Assembly (NCBI RefSeq): GCF_036321535.1
Contig: NC_087447.1
Span: 44,828,001 to 44,892,000, forward strand
Direction: 5' to 3'
DNA length: 64,000 nt
Source: Camelus dromedarius
Lineage: Eukaryota
The notes under the pieces are model-generated. The model worked only from the letters and a program-made list of their open reading frames with translations. It was not told the origin of the DNA and searched no databases. Position numbers and translations under genes: made by a program. This document shows positions 35,161-46,656 of the stretch, in pieces; the stretch's first letter is position 1, and each line of letters opens with the position of its first letter.

Positions 35161-35507
35161 CATTAAACTCAGCACTCCGTTGGAGGAACAGTAGATTTTC
35201 CCCGCCTACAAGGAAGGGAAGGGATATTACACCAAGAGAAAAACAGCATTAAGTACTATGTTAAAAGTTTTCAGATTCCTTATACTTTTCCATGCTCTCT
35301 TATAAACGTGTGGTGTCTGCATCCATAGCAAAAGTTAACTGCTTTTGAAGGACACGTGAAGACTCAGAGTTTTATCTCCCCAAAGTCACCCAGCTGCTGA
35401 GTCCCAGACCAAGACCAGAACCCCTGTATGTTAGGATGGTGTTTCTACCGTGCCTTACGGCCTCACGCATGTAAGCATCTTGGAGTCACAGCCTCTACGA
35501 TTTATAA

Positions 35508-35690
35508 AGCACAGTATTTCAACCTCGACTGCCTGTCAGAGTCACCTGGAGGGCTTCAAAAATTACAGATGCCTGAGCCACCTCCAGACCTGTTAAATCA
35601 GAAGGGGTGTGGAATGCATGGAAGGGACCTATAATTTTCTTTTTAAAGCATTGCAGGTGATTTTGGTACACAGGTCTGAGAATTACTAGA
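35508..35690. mobile_element. MER5A-like hAT-Charlie MITE
   Basis: AGAGTCACCTGGAGGGCTT...CCAGACCTGTTAAATCAGAA...CAGGTGATTTT...GAGAATTACT. Confidence 0.7.
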
Positions 35691-37449
35691 TTCCAGCTTT
35701 TTTTTAATTTGACAGCACATCTATGTCTGAAAGTTTGATTCACATGAGTGTTACGTTTCAGATGCTCAGAAAATAAGAATTCTTGAATTCTCTAGGCTCA
35801 TGATAGACAAGAAGTATAATTGACATGTTCCTCCTTGGCCAGGAGATTTTTCCTTCATTTTCAATCCTTTCAATCCAAAAATGAGGGCAAGGTAAGATCA
35901 AGTACATGAATGAATGCACAGGTTTTTATTTATTGAGAGGAAACCGGAGTAATTGGTTTTGGGAGAAATGCCTAAAAGATGAATACATTCTGGTGTGATT
36001 GGTTGATTAGGTGGTTGTGATTGGTAGGTGTATTCATCTGTCTGATTTATAATTAAGTTAGCCTATGTCAATAAGTCTGTCAAAGCAGTCTCTGGAAAAG
36101 TAATCCCTGGAGATAGTTGTGGGAAGAGGAGAATTCCATGGCTGTGTGTGATGAGTTGGCCCCCTGTAGCTGCAAGGGAAGCTGAGAAAGCAGAGAGCAG
36201 GATTACAGTGATGGGCTTAGGCCAGTCACAGTCCATCACCCAGACGTGTCACTGCCTTGAATCAAACTAAAGTGATGCTAAACTGAGAAGAAAGTAGAGA
36301 ATGGATTTTGGTTAAGCAGCTAAAAGAGTCTGCCACAACTTTGTTGAACCTGTTGTTTTCCAAATGTTTTGGATACAACCTGTTTTATGAAATAACCATG
36401 AAATCTTGGAAAGTGCCAGCCTCACACACGCACATACAGCTGACATACAAACAAACAATTTGGGGATTGGACTGTGTTTGTACTGAGAATTTTTATTTAT
36501 TTCGAGGTGAATCAGACTCCCTGATTGGGAACAATCTTGATTTGTCAGACTGACTTTTCCTGAATAGGTTTCCTTAGAAAATGCCATGGATGAACTCTGC
36601 CTTTAGACACTGCAGATTAATAGGACGTGTAGAGATAGGCCTCAGACATCCATATGTCTGCATGTTTTCATTTCACAGATTTGGAAACTGAGGTCCAGAG
36701 AGATTAGGTAATTTACTCTTAAGTGAGAGACTTTGTCTCTGGGCATCCAGGCTGGCATTTTCCCATCTCATTATATTATCTTTCTTGTCCCTCTCTCTAC
36801 CTGTAGCATTTTCACTCATAAGATGATGTAGGGCCCCACAATTGTACATACTTATTTGACTTTGGATTTTTTGGCTTTTTACATTTCAAGTAAAGATATT
36901 TTGTAGATTATGTTTTTAATTACCTGCTTATGTTGTTCAGTGATGCTTATGGAAAAAGATGTAAAGAATTAAAAGCATTATTTTTAGCTAAAAGTGTAAT
37001 TTTAATTATCCCATAATTAGTGAAAGTTGGATTGTATTCAATTTTATGTTAATGTGGTCGTTAACTACAGTTACCACTTGCTTGTGTATTTTTAAACATG
37101 ATTTTAAATAATCAAAGTAAAGCTTTGTACTTTGTCTCTTAAAATTAATGTTGTTACGCTTTACCTAGATAATGGCTTAGCACTCAGTTCTAAGCTGCTC
37201 TCAAATCCCACTTTGTCCTGTAGTGCTTCAAAATTTGAAAGCAAAATTTCAAATAAAATTTCTCCTTAGAGAGTCTGTACTGAATCAAATCTTCGTTTTA
37301 TACCATATGACATGACTTCTGAGTAGATGCTAACTCTTTCAAAGCCTTAATGAATTTGCTACAGTAGATAAAGACCTGGCTTGCTCTAGGAAAAAATCCC
37401 AACAGAATGTAATCAATTGGCACAGAACTATCTATCTAAAAGCAAAATA

Positions 37450-38290
37450 GATTTCACAGCCTAAGGATAGGCAAAGGATCTGAACAGAGTTTTTCCAAAC
37501 AAGATTTACAAATGGCCAATAAGGACATGAAAAGATGGTTAACATCAATAGCAGTCAGAGGAATACAACTTAAAACTTCATTAAGATACCGCTTCATGCT
37601 CCCTGAGGTGGCTACAGTCGAGACAGATAAGAAATAATACCAAGTGAGAATGTAGCAAAATTGGAACCCTAACATACTGCTGGTGAGAATGTAAAATGGT
37701 GCAGCTGCCTTTGAAAACAGTCTGGCAGTTTTAAAAAATATTTAAGGTTAAATACAGAGCTATCATGTGACCCAGCAATTCCACTCTAGAGGGAGAAATG
37801 AAAACATACTTACTCAACAATAAATTTTTTTAAAATGGGCAATAGATTTGAATAGATGTTTTTCCACAGGAGATGTACAGTGGCCAATAAGCACAAGAAA
37901 AGATGCTCGACATCATTAGCCATTAGGGAAATGCAAATCAAAATCACAGTGAGATACCACTTCACACCATGAAGAAAGCTGTCATCAAAGTCATATGGTA
38001 ATAAGTGTTGAGAATGTGGAAAAAGTGAAATCCTTGTACATTGTTGCTGGGAATATAAATGGTATAGCCACTTTGGAAAACAGTTTGACAGTTTTTCCAT
38101 TCCTAGGGATATACCCAAGAGAAATGAAAAAATATCCACACAGAAACTTATACATGGATATTCATAGCAGCATTATTCATGATAGGCAAAAAGTGAAAAC
38201 AATCCAAGTGTCAATTAACTGATTAATGGATATATAAAATGTATATCCATGCGGTGGGATATTTGGCCATAAAAAGGAAGGACATGGTGA
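37450..38290 (+). mobile_element. Old LINE-1 ORF2 3' fragments (two adjacent pieces)
   Basis: CAAATGGCCAATAAG..ATGAAAAGATG, GGAAATGCAAATCAAAA and GACCCAGCAATTCCACT motifs. Confidence 0.85.
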
Positions 38291-38297
38291 TCCAGTC

Positions 38298-38298
38298 A

Positions 38299-38326
<28 letters not shown>
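38298..38326 (+). repeat. Poly(A) tract (29 nt)
   Basis: Directly visible; abuts an L1 fragment. Confidence 0.95.
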
Positions 38327-38331
<5 letters not shown>

Positions 38332-38836
38332 AGAAGAGATTAACAATGGGATTGTGGAAGGCTTGGCATTCCCGAGAAGTTTGAGCTTTATCTTGTAATC
38401 AATAAATCATTATACAAGGGTTGTAAGAGAAAACACAGAAAGATTTTTTGTTTTTAAGCATACCACCCAGGCTGCAACATAGCTGATGCCTGTGGAGAGG
38501 TCGAGGATGGGAAGCTGAGAGAGGAGGAGACTAGATTAGTTAGGAAGCTATTGCAACAGAACAGGTGAAGAATGACCAAAGCCTGAGCAAGGGCATGTAG
38601 GTGAGAATGGTGAGTCATGTCTAGATTCTAGACATTGCTGAGTTGTGGTCAGGCACCTATGTTTATATTTCTGTTTGCAATGACAGTGTAGGAAGTGAAA
38701 GCAAAACACTGTGTCCTCTAAGTCAAGACATTCATGATTGATTCTATTATCTAACGTTTAACTTTACCAAAATGTATAGCTGATTCTGCTCACTAACTCC
38801 CACTTTCTGTAGTCTTCATAGATTCTTAAAGCAGGT

Positions 38837-39784
38837 ATGTTTGGCGCTAACCTCACCATCTTCCATCCCACTGTGTTCATCCTGCTTGGCATCCTGGGAC
38901 TGGAGAACTACCACACCTGGCTTTCCATCCCATTCTGTCTCATGTACATCACTGCCGTCTTGGGAAATGGAGCCCTTATCCTCGTTGTCCTCCATGAACA
39001 CACGCTCCATGAACCCATGTATATCTTCCTCTCCATGCTGGCTGGCACTGACATCCTGCTGTCCACTACCACTGTGCCCAAGGCCTTGGCTATCTTCTGG
39101 TTCCATGCTGGGGAAATTGCCTTTGATGCCTGCATCACTCAGATGTTTTTCATTCACGTTGCCTTTGTGGCTGAGTCAGGAATCCTGCTGGCCATGGCGT
39201 TTGACCGCTATGTGGCCATTTGTACTCCCTTGAGGTACACAGCCGTCTTAACTCCTATTGCTATTGTAAAAATGACCCTGGCAATCTGGGGACGGAGCAC
39301 TGGGACCATTTTCCCTATCATATTCCTGCTGAAGAGGCTGCCATACTGTCGGACCAATATCATCCCCCACTCATACTGTGAGCACATTGGGGTGGCCAGA
39401 TTGGCCTGTGCTGATATCACTGTCAATATCTGGTATGGCTTGTCTGTGCCAATGGCATCAGTTTTGGTAGATGTTGCACTCATTGGCATTTCCTACTCTT
39501 TGACCCTCTAAGCTGTGTTTAGACTTCCTTCCCAGGATGCCCGGCACAAGGCTCTCAATACTTGTGGTTCCCACACTGGAGTCATTTTCATCTTTTTCAT
39601 CCCATCCTTTTTTACCTTCCTGACCCATTGCTTTGGCAAGAATATCCCCCACCATATTCATATCCTTCTGGCAAATCTTTATGTGTTAATTACCCCCATG
39701 CTTAACCCTATCATCTATGGAACAAAGACCAAACAGATAAGAGACAGTATGGCTCACATGCTATCTACTGGGGGGAAATCTTGA
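38837..39784 (+). pseudogene. OR52B-subfamily (OR52B1-type) olfactory receptor pseudogene with a single in-frame TAA at 39509-39511
   Basis: ORFs 38837..39511 and 39515..39784 share a frame and together give a ~315-codon class I OR. The stop falls just after TM5. Confidence 0.9.
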
Positions 39785-39861
39785 GAAAACTCATGGTTCT
39801 ATTATAGTTTTCAAACCAGCAGGAGGAAAGAGAACTTACTAAATTCCCATGTTTAGGCACT

Positions 39862-40100
39862 ATGGTGTGCTGCAGCAGAAAGCACGTGGGCTTTGGAATA
39901 AAATACATCTAGATTCAAATCATGGCTCCCTTACTTTCTGGTCTTTGACCTTGGGCAGTTTCCCACTTTTTGGAAATTTAGTAGTAACCTGTAAAATGGA
40001 ACCAGTTGTATTGATGCTCTAAGGGTTTTGCAAGGATTAAATTAAATATGTAAACTGCTTGGTACATTGCTTATCATTTAATGGGCTCTCAGTGTTAGCT
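39862..40100 (+). mobile_element. MIR SINE
   Basis: GGCTTTGGAA...TTCAAATC..GGCTC...TGACCTTGGGCAG...CTGTAAAATGG...GGATTAAAT. Confidence 0.75.
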
Positions 40101-40446
40101 ATAATTCTAACATGAAGTTTGTTGCCTGAGGAAAATGTTTTAGATTTGATGTGTGTGAGATTTCCAGTATTTCCAGGGGCTTCTCTACCTTCTGCTTACC
40201 TTCCAAGATGGCATGATGACCTTCATCATCTCCAGCACCATTGTCATCCTAACCACAAGTTTGTTGTACAAATTAAATTAGCAAATGAATAAGAGTACTT
40301 TTTTTGAATTAAGGTATTGAAAAAGACTAAAGTTGATATTGATTACATTTTATATGTAAAGAACTATCACCATTATTAGATTAAAAAGGTGTCTTTACTC
40401 ATGCAGGAAATGAGTTGAGTGACACAGACACAGGCATTGCTCTTAG

Positions 40447-40546
40447 AGAGCTGGTTGTCTGAGCTGGACACACAAACAAAAAACTAGTTATGGGGCTGGT
40501 TGACAGAGCTGGTTGTCTGAGCTGGACACACAAATAAAAAACTAGT
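40447..40546. repeat. 42-nt direct repeat with 16-nt spacer
   Basis: AGAGCTGGTTGTCTGAGCTGGACACACAAA(C/T)AAAAAACTAGT at 40447 and 40505. Confidence 0.95.
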
Positions 40547-40824
40547 CACTGGTAATAGAAAATATGCTATATCACACAGGTATTCGGGGTTAAACAAATG
40601 AAGCAAGCTAATACTCTGTGATTCTATGTCCTCTTCTTTATCTGTATTTTTTTTTCCTAATTAGAGATAGTTGTATGACTTTCAATTCCATTTCTAAATT
40701 AGAATAACTTCCAAATTGATATCTCCAGCCTAGACTTTTCCCTTGAGATCCACATTCATATAGTCAATGGTTTCTTGGCTGCTTCAGTTATATGTCTAGT
40801 AGGCATCTCAAAATAAACATGTCT

Positions 40825-42100
40825 GTATTAGGATAGCTTAAAGCTATGCTTAATTTCAATGAATTAACAAAACAAACTCATTCTTCTCTCATTTAAAGTG
40901 TAGTGTGTGTCAACAGAATCTGTTTTCCATTTAGTGACTCAGGAATCCTAGATCCCTTCAACTCGTGAAGCTGTCATATCAAGACTTTTCAGCATTTTTC
41001 AGAGCTGCCAAAGCAGGGAAAGAGTAGGAAGGGTGAAACACTCCAATGATTAATTGCCTTGCTCTTGAGGTGATCCATCACTTTTGCTCACATTTTCATT
41101 GTTAAGCATGTTGCCTGAGCGAGGCCTCAACTCAACTGCAAGGGAAGGTAAGGCCATATAGGCCTGTTCATGGATTTGCACTGAATATTAATTGTCTCTG
41201 CCAACTTAATATTTCTTTATTCTCCTCTTCCCATCTGTAGAACACACTCAAATCCTGCCTACAGGAGAGACCCCAAAGTCCCATCCAGGCACTTTACCAG
41301 CTCACAGTATAGGACCTGCAGATGATACACAAGAACATCTCCAACAGAATTGGTTGAGGCTCTTCTTGGTCTAGAGAACTACGATTTAAAGGAATATTTA
41401 TCCGCTTACTCCTCACCCTCTTATTAAATACGTGATAGTTTAACAGGGATATTTAACAACAATAACTTCTCCCATTTAGAAAGATGAAGAATATGAGATA
41501 CATAATAGCCATTAATTCATAGCAATTTTGAAATCCCCAAAAGGCAGACATTGAGAAGGCTCCATACCTTGGGCTTAGAAAAAGTTTCTTAATTAGTTGC
41601 TCTAGCAGAAACTATCTTGTCCAATCTTCTCTGTGACCCATGGAATTTTCTCTCTGGAAGCTCCTTTCTTTTCTGTTATCTTCTTAAATCATATCTGAAA
41701 TGGGCAGTGGGGAATATGTCCTTCTTGTGGATAGCACAGCTTTCTGAGCACACTTTCTGGTGCTGAAAGCTTGGGTCCCAAGAGTTATGTGAACTCTTGA
41801 ATGGTCAAAGTTTTTCTTAGCTGAACTCTTGAAAACTAGGCCCTCACAGCAGATTGTTAATATATGTTGATTAAAAATCTAGTATACTTCTTTTCTATTT
41901 GGTTCCACTCACTTGCCAGTAAAAATGCCCCCAAATCTTTTGAAGACATAATTATCAAATTTTCTCTATTTCTCCCTTTATCATGTCCATGCATGTCTCT
42001 CTGGAGTAAATGGAGGCTAATTTGGAACTATGATGCTTTAGTAAAGAGGTACCACCTTTAATTTAAATTTTGCTCTCAGTTTCTTTATCCATCTGAGGTG
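40825..42100. mobile_element. Old MLT1-type LTR plus probable MaLR internal remnant
   Basis: TGTATTAGGATAG start, GACTCAGGAATCC and CAACTGCAAGGGAAG motifs. Confidence 0.5.
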
Positions 42101-42189
42101 TTTACTAGACAGTCTACCCATAAAATAATCTTGATCATTAGGCATTTTTTAAAATGACATATTTTATAGGGAGATTTTGCTTGAAGCTT

Positions 42190-42850
42190 TTATTTTTTAA
42201 TTTAATTAATTTATTTAATTGCACTATAGTTGATTTATAGTATTGTGCTAGTTTCAGGTGTATAGCAAAGGATTCAGTTTTATATATATATATTTCAATT
42301 ATATATATATTTCAGATTCTTATCCATTAAAGATTTTACAAGATATTGCATATAGTTCCCTGTGCTATGTAGTAAATCTTTGTTGTTTATTTATTTTATA
42401 TATAGTGATGTGTATCTGTTAGTCCTATACTCCTAATTTATCCCTCCCTCCTTTCCTCTTTGGTATGATAAGTTGGTTTTCTATGTCTGTGAGTCTGTTC
42501 TGTAAATAAATTCATTTGTATTATTTTTTAGATTCCACATATAAATGACGTCATATATTTGTCTTTCTCTGACTTACTTCTCTAGGTCCATCCATGTTGC
42601 TGCGAATGGCAGTATTTCTTTCTTTTTTTTAAGGCTGAGCAATATTCCATTATATATATAAAGTCTTCTTTATGCATTCATCTGTTTATGGACACCACTC
42701 AGGTTGCTTCCCTGTCTTGATTCTTGTATATAGTGCTGTTATGACAACTGAGGTACATGTGTCTTTCAAATTAGAGTTTTTGTCTTTTCTGGATATATGC
42801 CCAGGAGTGGGATTGCTGAATCATATGGTAACTCTAGTTTCAGTTTTCTC
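42190..42850 (-). mobile_element. LINE-1 3' end fragment
   Basis: TATAGTTGATTTATAGTATTGTG...TAGATTCCACATATAA...ATATGCCCAGGAGTGGGATTGCTG. Confidence 0.85.
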
Positions 42851-43495
42851 CCTCTGGCTGGAGAGCCCCATCATTTCCAACATGGACCATCAGAGCTCAG
42901 CCTCATCTCTTTGGCCTTGTTCCCAGATATAGCTCCTAACCCCCACACAGGTGAAGAGACTGATGTAAGAAAGGCAAATTGAGAAATCCAAGGATAGTGA
43001 GCCAGATTCATAGATGAGACAGAGTCCTAGGTAGGTGGACTGCCTCCACCGAATCCTCTCCCAGTGTTCTTGACATTAGCTGGGTTACTTATTACTGCAG
43101 AGGGGCCCTGAAAACATCCTCAGTCTGGAGCTTCCTTCTGGGCTTCTTCCCCTCCCCTGACTGTTGCTGCCTCTGCTTGGCTGTTGATTGCTCAGAGCAA
43201 ATCTGTCCCTTTCCCTACCTCTCCTGGGGTTTTCGTTATACAACACAGCTGTGGTCCTGCCCTCCCTGGGCTCATCCCATAGCAGTGCTCAGTGTCATCC
43301 AACTACCACTCCAGCTGGACGGGACCCTAGTGACTTTGGAGTTTTGTCTTGGTCATTCTTGGACAGCTCTATTCAAACCTAGTCCTGGGGGGCAGGGCTA
43401 CCAGATGGACAGCTCTTCCAGGTCGAATTGTTGGAATAAAGTATATTCTCCTTTCTGTCTAGGCCTGGGTTCCTCCCCATTCACTGTAGCAAGTA

Positions 43496-44093
43496 CAGTC
43501 TGTTCTGTTCTAACATTACACATGAGTTCTTAAAAATCACCATGCTGTGCAAAATCCCACATGAAATCTGCAGAATTTATGGAAAAATGGAGTTAGGAGC
43601 CCAGTACTTAAACACTTTGTCAACTGACATAGAAAAATAGAGAGTAAAGGAATATAAACAGTAGCAGCATTTTACACACCTTAAATGGTTAAGAACAATA
43701 CGAATACTACAATGACGACAATTCTTTGAGAAAGACATAAAGTTTGCTTGTGGAATTAGCTAAAAGGGTTGCAGCTTGTGAGTTATTTTGAAGTAGTAAA
43801 AGGAACTTTATCTGAAATCAGATGGAAAGTTGTGAAGGAAACTAAGGTAGTTAGTAGATATTTGGAGTATGTGTGTGTGTGTGGTTGTGTGCATGCATGT
43901 GTGTGTTTGGTGTACTCTTACGCATCTTCTTTTCAGTTTGAGGCAGTTTCCTGCATTCAGCCAGTGTTATTAGTGGACAAAATTGCACAAAGGCAAATGT
44001 GAAATTCAGCTATGCCGAAACTGTTTCGTAATATACCATTGGTGTTGGGACATATTTGTATGTTAAAACCAAGTGATGCAGCAGAACTGAGTG
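43496..44093. mobile_element. Tigger13-like DNA transposon
   Basis: TA-CAGTCTGTTCTG...CAGAACTGAGTG-TA imperfect terminal inverted repeats with TA target duplication. Confidence 0.7.
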
Positions 44094-44464
44094 TATCCCC
44101 TTGTTCCTCTGCCAACAGTCTTCCTCTCTCCCAAATCACGCATCTCAGTAAATGAATGTTCTAAGGACTGCCAACTTAAAATGAATCTCTATTCCACATA
44201 CTTCTCCCTAGGTCTTTCCATGGTACTTTCACATCTCAATCCTGTATCCCCAGGATCTGCCCTTCACCGACCTATCCTCTTCTAAGAGTCATCTTTGTAT
44301 ATTACCTTTCTTCACCTTTTAAATCTATGGCCATGTAAAATTTGTCTTATCTCTAAACTAAAACTGCTTTTGCTCACTATTTCCATACTGCCTGATTGAA
44401 AGAACACTGGAGTAGAAAGAGACCCAGTAGAAAAGAGATGGCCCACTCAAATTAGGAGAATTAA

Positions 44465-45300
44465 AAATTACTGATGTATAACCCATATATAACATTATAT
44501 TAGTTTCAGATGTACAACATAATGATTCAACAGTTGTATGTATTGCGAAATGATCACCACAATGAGTTTAGTTAACATTGATCACTGTAAAGAGTGACAA
44601 ATTTTGTGTGTGTGTATGTGATGAAGACCTTAAGAGTTACTTTCTCTTAGCAGCTTTCAGATATGCAATGATTAACTATAGTCACCATGCTATACATTAC
44701 ATTCCCATGACTTATTTATTTTATAACTGGAAGTCTGCATCTTTTGACCCCCTTCCCCTAACCCCCTTCCCTCCAACCCCCTTCCCCCTAGCAGCCACCA
44801 AACTGTTGTCCATATCTACAATCCTGTTTTTTTTTTGTATTTTGTTGTTGTTTTTGTTGTTTTTTGATTCCACATATAAGTTAGATCATAGGTACTCATA
44901 TTTCTCTGTCTGACTTATTTCACCTAGCATGATGCCCTCAAGTTCCGTCCATATTGTCACAAATGACAAGATTCTTTCTTATGGCTGAATAGTATTGCAT
45001 TATATATATACACCACATTTTTTTCTTTATCCATTCATCCATAAATGGACACTTAGGTGGCTTCCATGTCTTGGATATTGTAAGTAAAGCTGCAGTGAAC
45101 ATGGGGGTGCAAGGGTGTTTTCAAATTAGTGTTTTCTTTTTCTTTGGATAAATATCAGAAGTGGAATTGCTGAGTGATACTATAGTTCTATTTTTAATTT
45201 TTTGAGGAACTTCATACCGTCTCCCTTAATGGCTGCTCCAATTTTCATTCCCACAAACAGGGCACAAGTATTCCCTTTTCTCCACATCCTGGCCAAAACC
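44465..45300 (-). mobile_element. LINE-1 3' end fragment (L1MA-like)
   Basis: GATTCCACATATAAG, CATTCATCC..GGACACTTAGG and TTTTTGAGGAAC motifs. Confidence 0.85.
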
Positions 45301-45599
45301 TGCTTTCTCAAATTAGAATAATTTGAGAAGAGATTACTTACAAAGGGACAATTAATAAAGATTTGGCCCTTAAGAGATCCTAAGTGATAGTGTAGTTACT
45401 TAGGACTTATAACAGGACATGTCACCACCTCTAGACATGGAGGAATGGGCAACTGTATTCCCGAAGTAGAGAGTTAGCATAAAGGTTACCTTGAGACCAG
45501 TTTTGTTTGTTTGATATTGTTGAATTAATTCTGTCTTTTTAGGTGTGATTTGTGCTTAGCAACTTTAATGCCACTCTTTCATGTTGCTTTTCCTCAAAT

Positions 45600-46160
45600 A
45601 GATGGTTGTATTTGGTGGTAAAGAAAATTGTACTGGACAGGATGAGCACACAGAAGTTGATTTTATTTGATATTTGATGTTATTGCTAGGAACAGGGGAG
45701 AGAGCACAGACCAAGTCTGGATACCCATCTTGGCTAAAACAAGGTGTGGCTGGGCTACAGTAAGGTGTCAGGTGGAATGGGTTTAAGAACTGGGATGAGC
45801 TAGTGGAAAAATACTGGGGGAATTTAGTAGGAGGTTGATCAATGGGTTATGTCAAACATACTGAGTTATTCCTGAGATTGCAAATGCTTTTTTTGTCTGT
45901 GATTTGGCCATCTGTGTTTGCTAATTGGAAAGTTAGACTCCTATCCTCCACAGAGACTGGGAGATAAATACCTTTGATATTTATATTTCATGAGATAGTT
46001 CCCAGGTCTTGAAAAAGACATTTTCTAGGTTGTAAAACTGTCAGGAGGTTAGCAGAAGATTTATATACACTGCAAATTTTCCCAAGCAAATTACCTAAGG
46101 AAAGGGAGGTCAGATGCTAATAGTCAGGGAAGAAAGCTGTCTAAAGTTTAGACCAAGTAT
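45600..46160. mobile_element. ERV1-type solo LTR remnant (MER31/MER67-like)
   Basis: GCCATCTGTGTTTGCTAATTG, CCCAGGTCTTGAAAAAGACATT and AGGGAGGTCAG...TGTCTAAAGTTTAG motifs. Confidence 0.5.
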
Positions 46161-46625
46161 CCTGGTCATTGGCTGATTGTTTTTCTTTCTAGTAGGCAAT
46201 CTCAGAATGCTGCTGTATTTGTTGGATGCACCCTGTTGGAGGGGAGACATGGGGTGTGCTAGAGCTTGATTTATAGTTGAGCTTCTTTTCCATGTCTCAT
46301 GGGGCCTGGTTATTTATGGCCATGTGGATCACTGTCCTGTTTTCTGACCTGATCTCCAATATTCTGGAACACCCACCCCTCTGGCTTGATTTTTGGTTCA
46401 CTTTTTGGTCTAAGAGTGTATGTGTAAAAGGCTAGACCTGCCTGCCTGCTTATACTGTGCTACCAGTTAATCACCAGTTTGATTTTCCCATGGCCCCCTG
46501 CTTCTTTTAGTATCGGACATTTCTGAATCAATATTATTTTTGTAGTGGTCCTTTCCCATGCACCTTTTGGGCTTCTGTTCTTTCTCACAATTCCATCATA
46601 GTCATCTTTCATCTTTTGGAGTTGC

Positions 46626-46656
<31 letters not shown>

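Noticed and set aside
34519..35175. 218-aa ORF (and neighbouring ORFs) in the CpG island
   Set aside because: Stop-poor because of high GC; the repeated peptide is just the 30-nt duplication; no recognisable domain.
40447..40546. CRISPR-like repeat-spacer-repeat
   Set aside because: Only two units with a 16-nt spacer, in a mammalian context with no cas genes.
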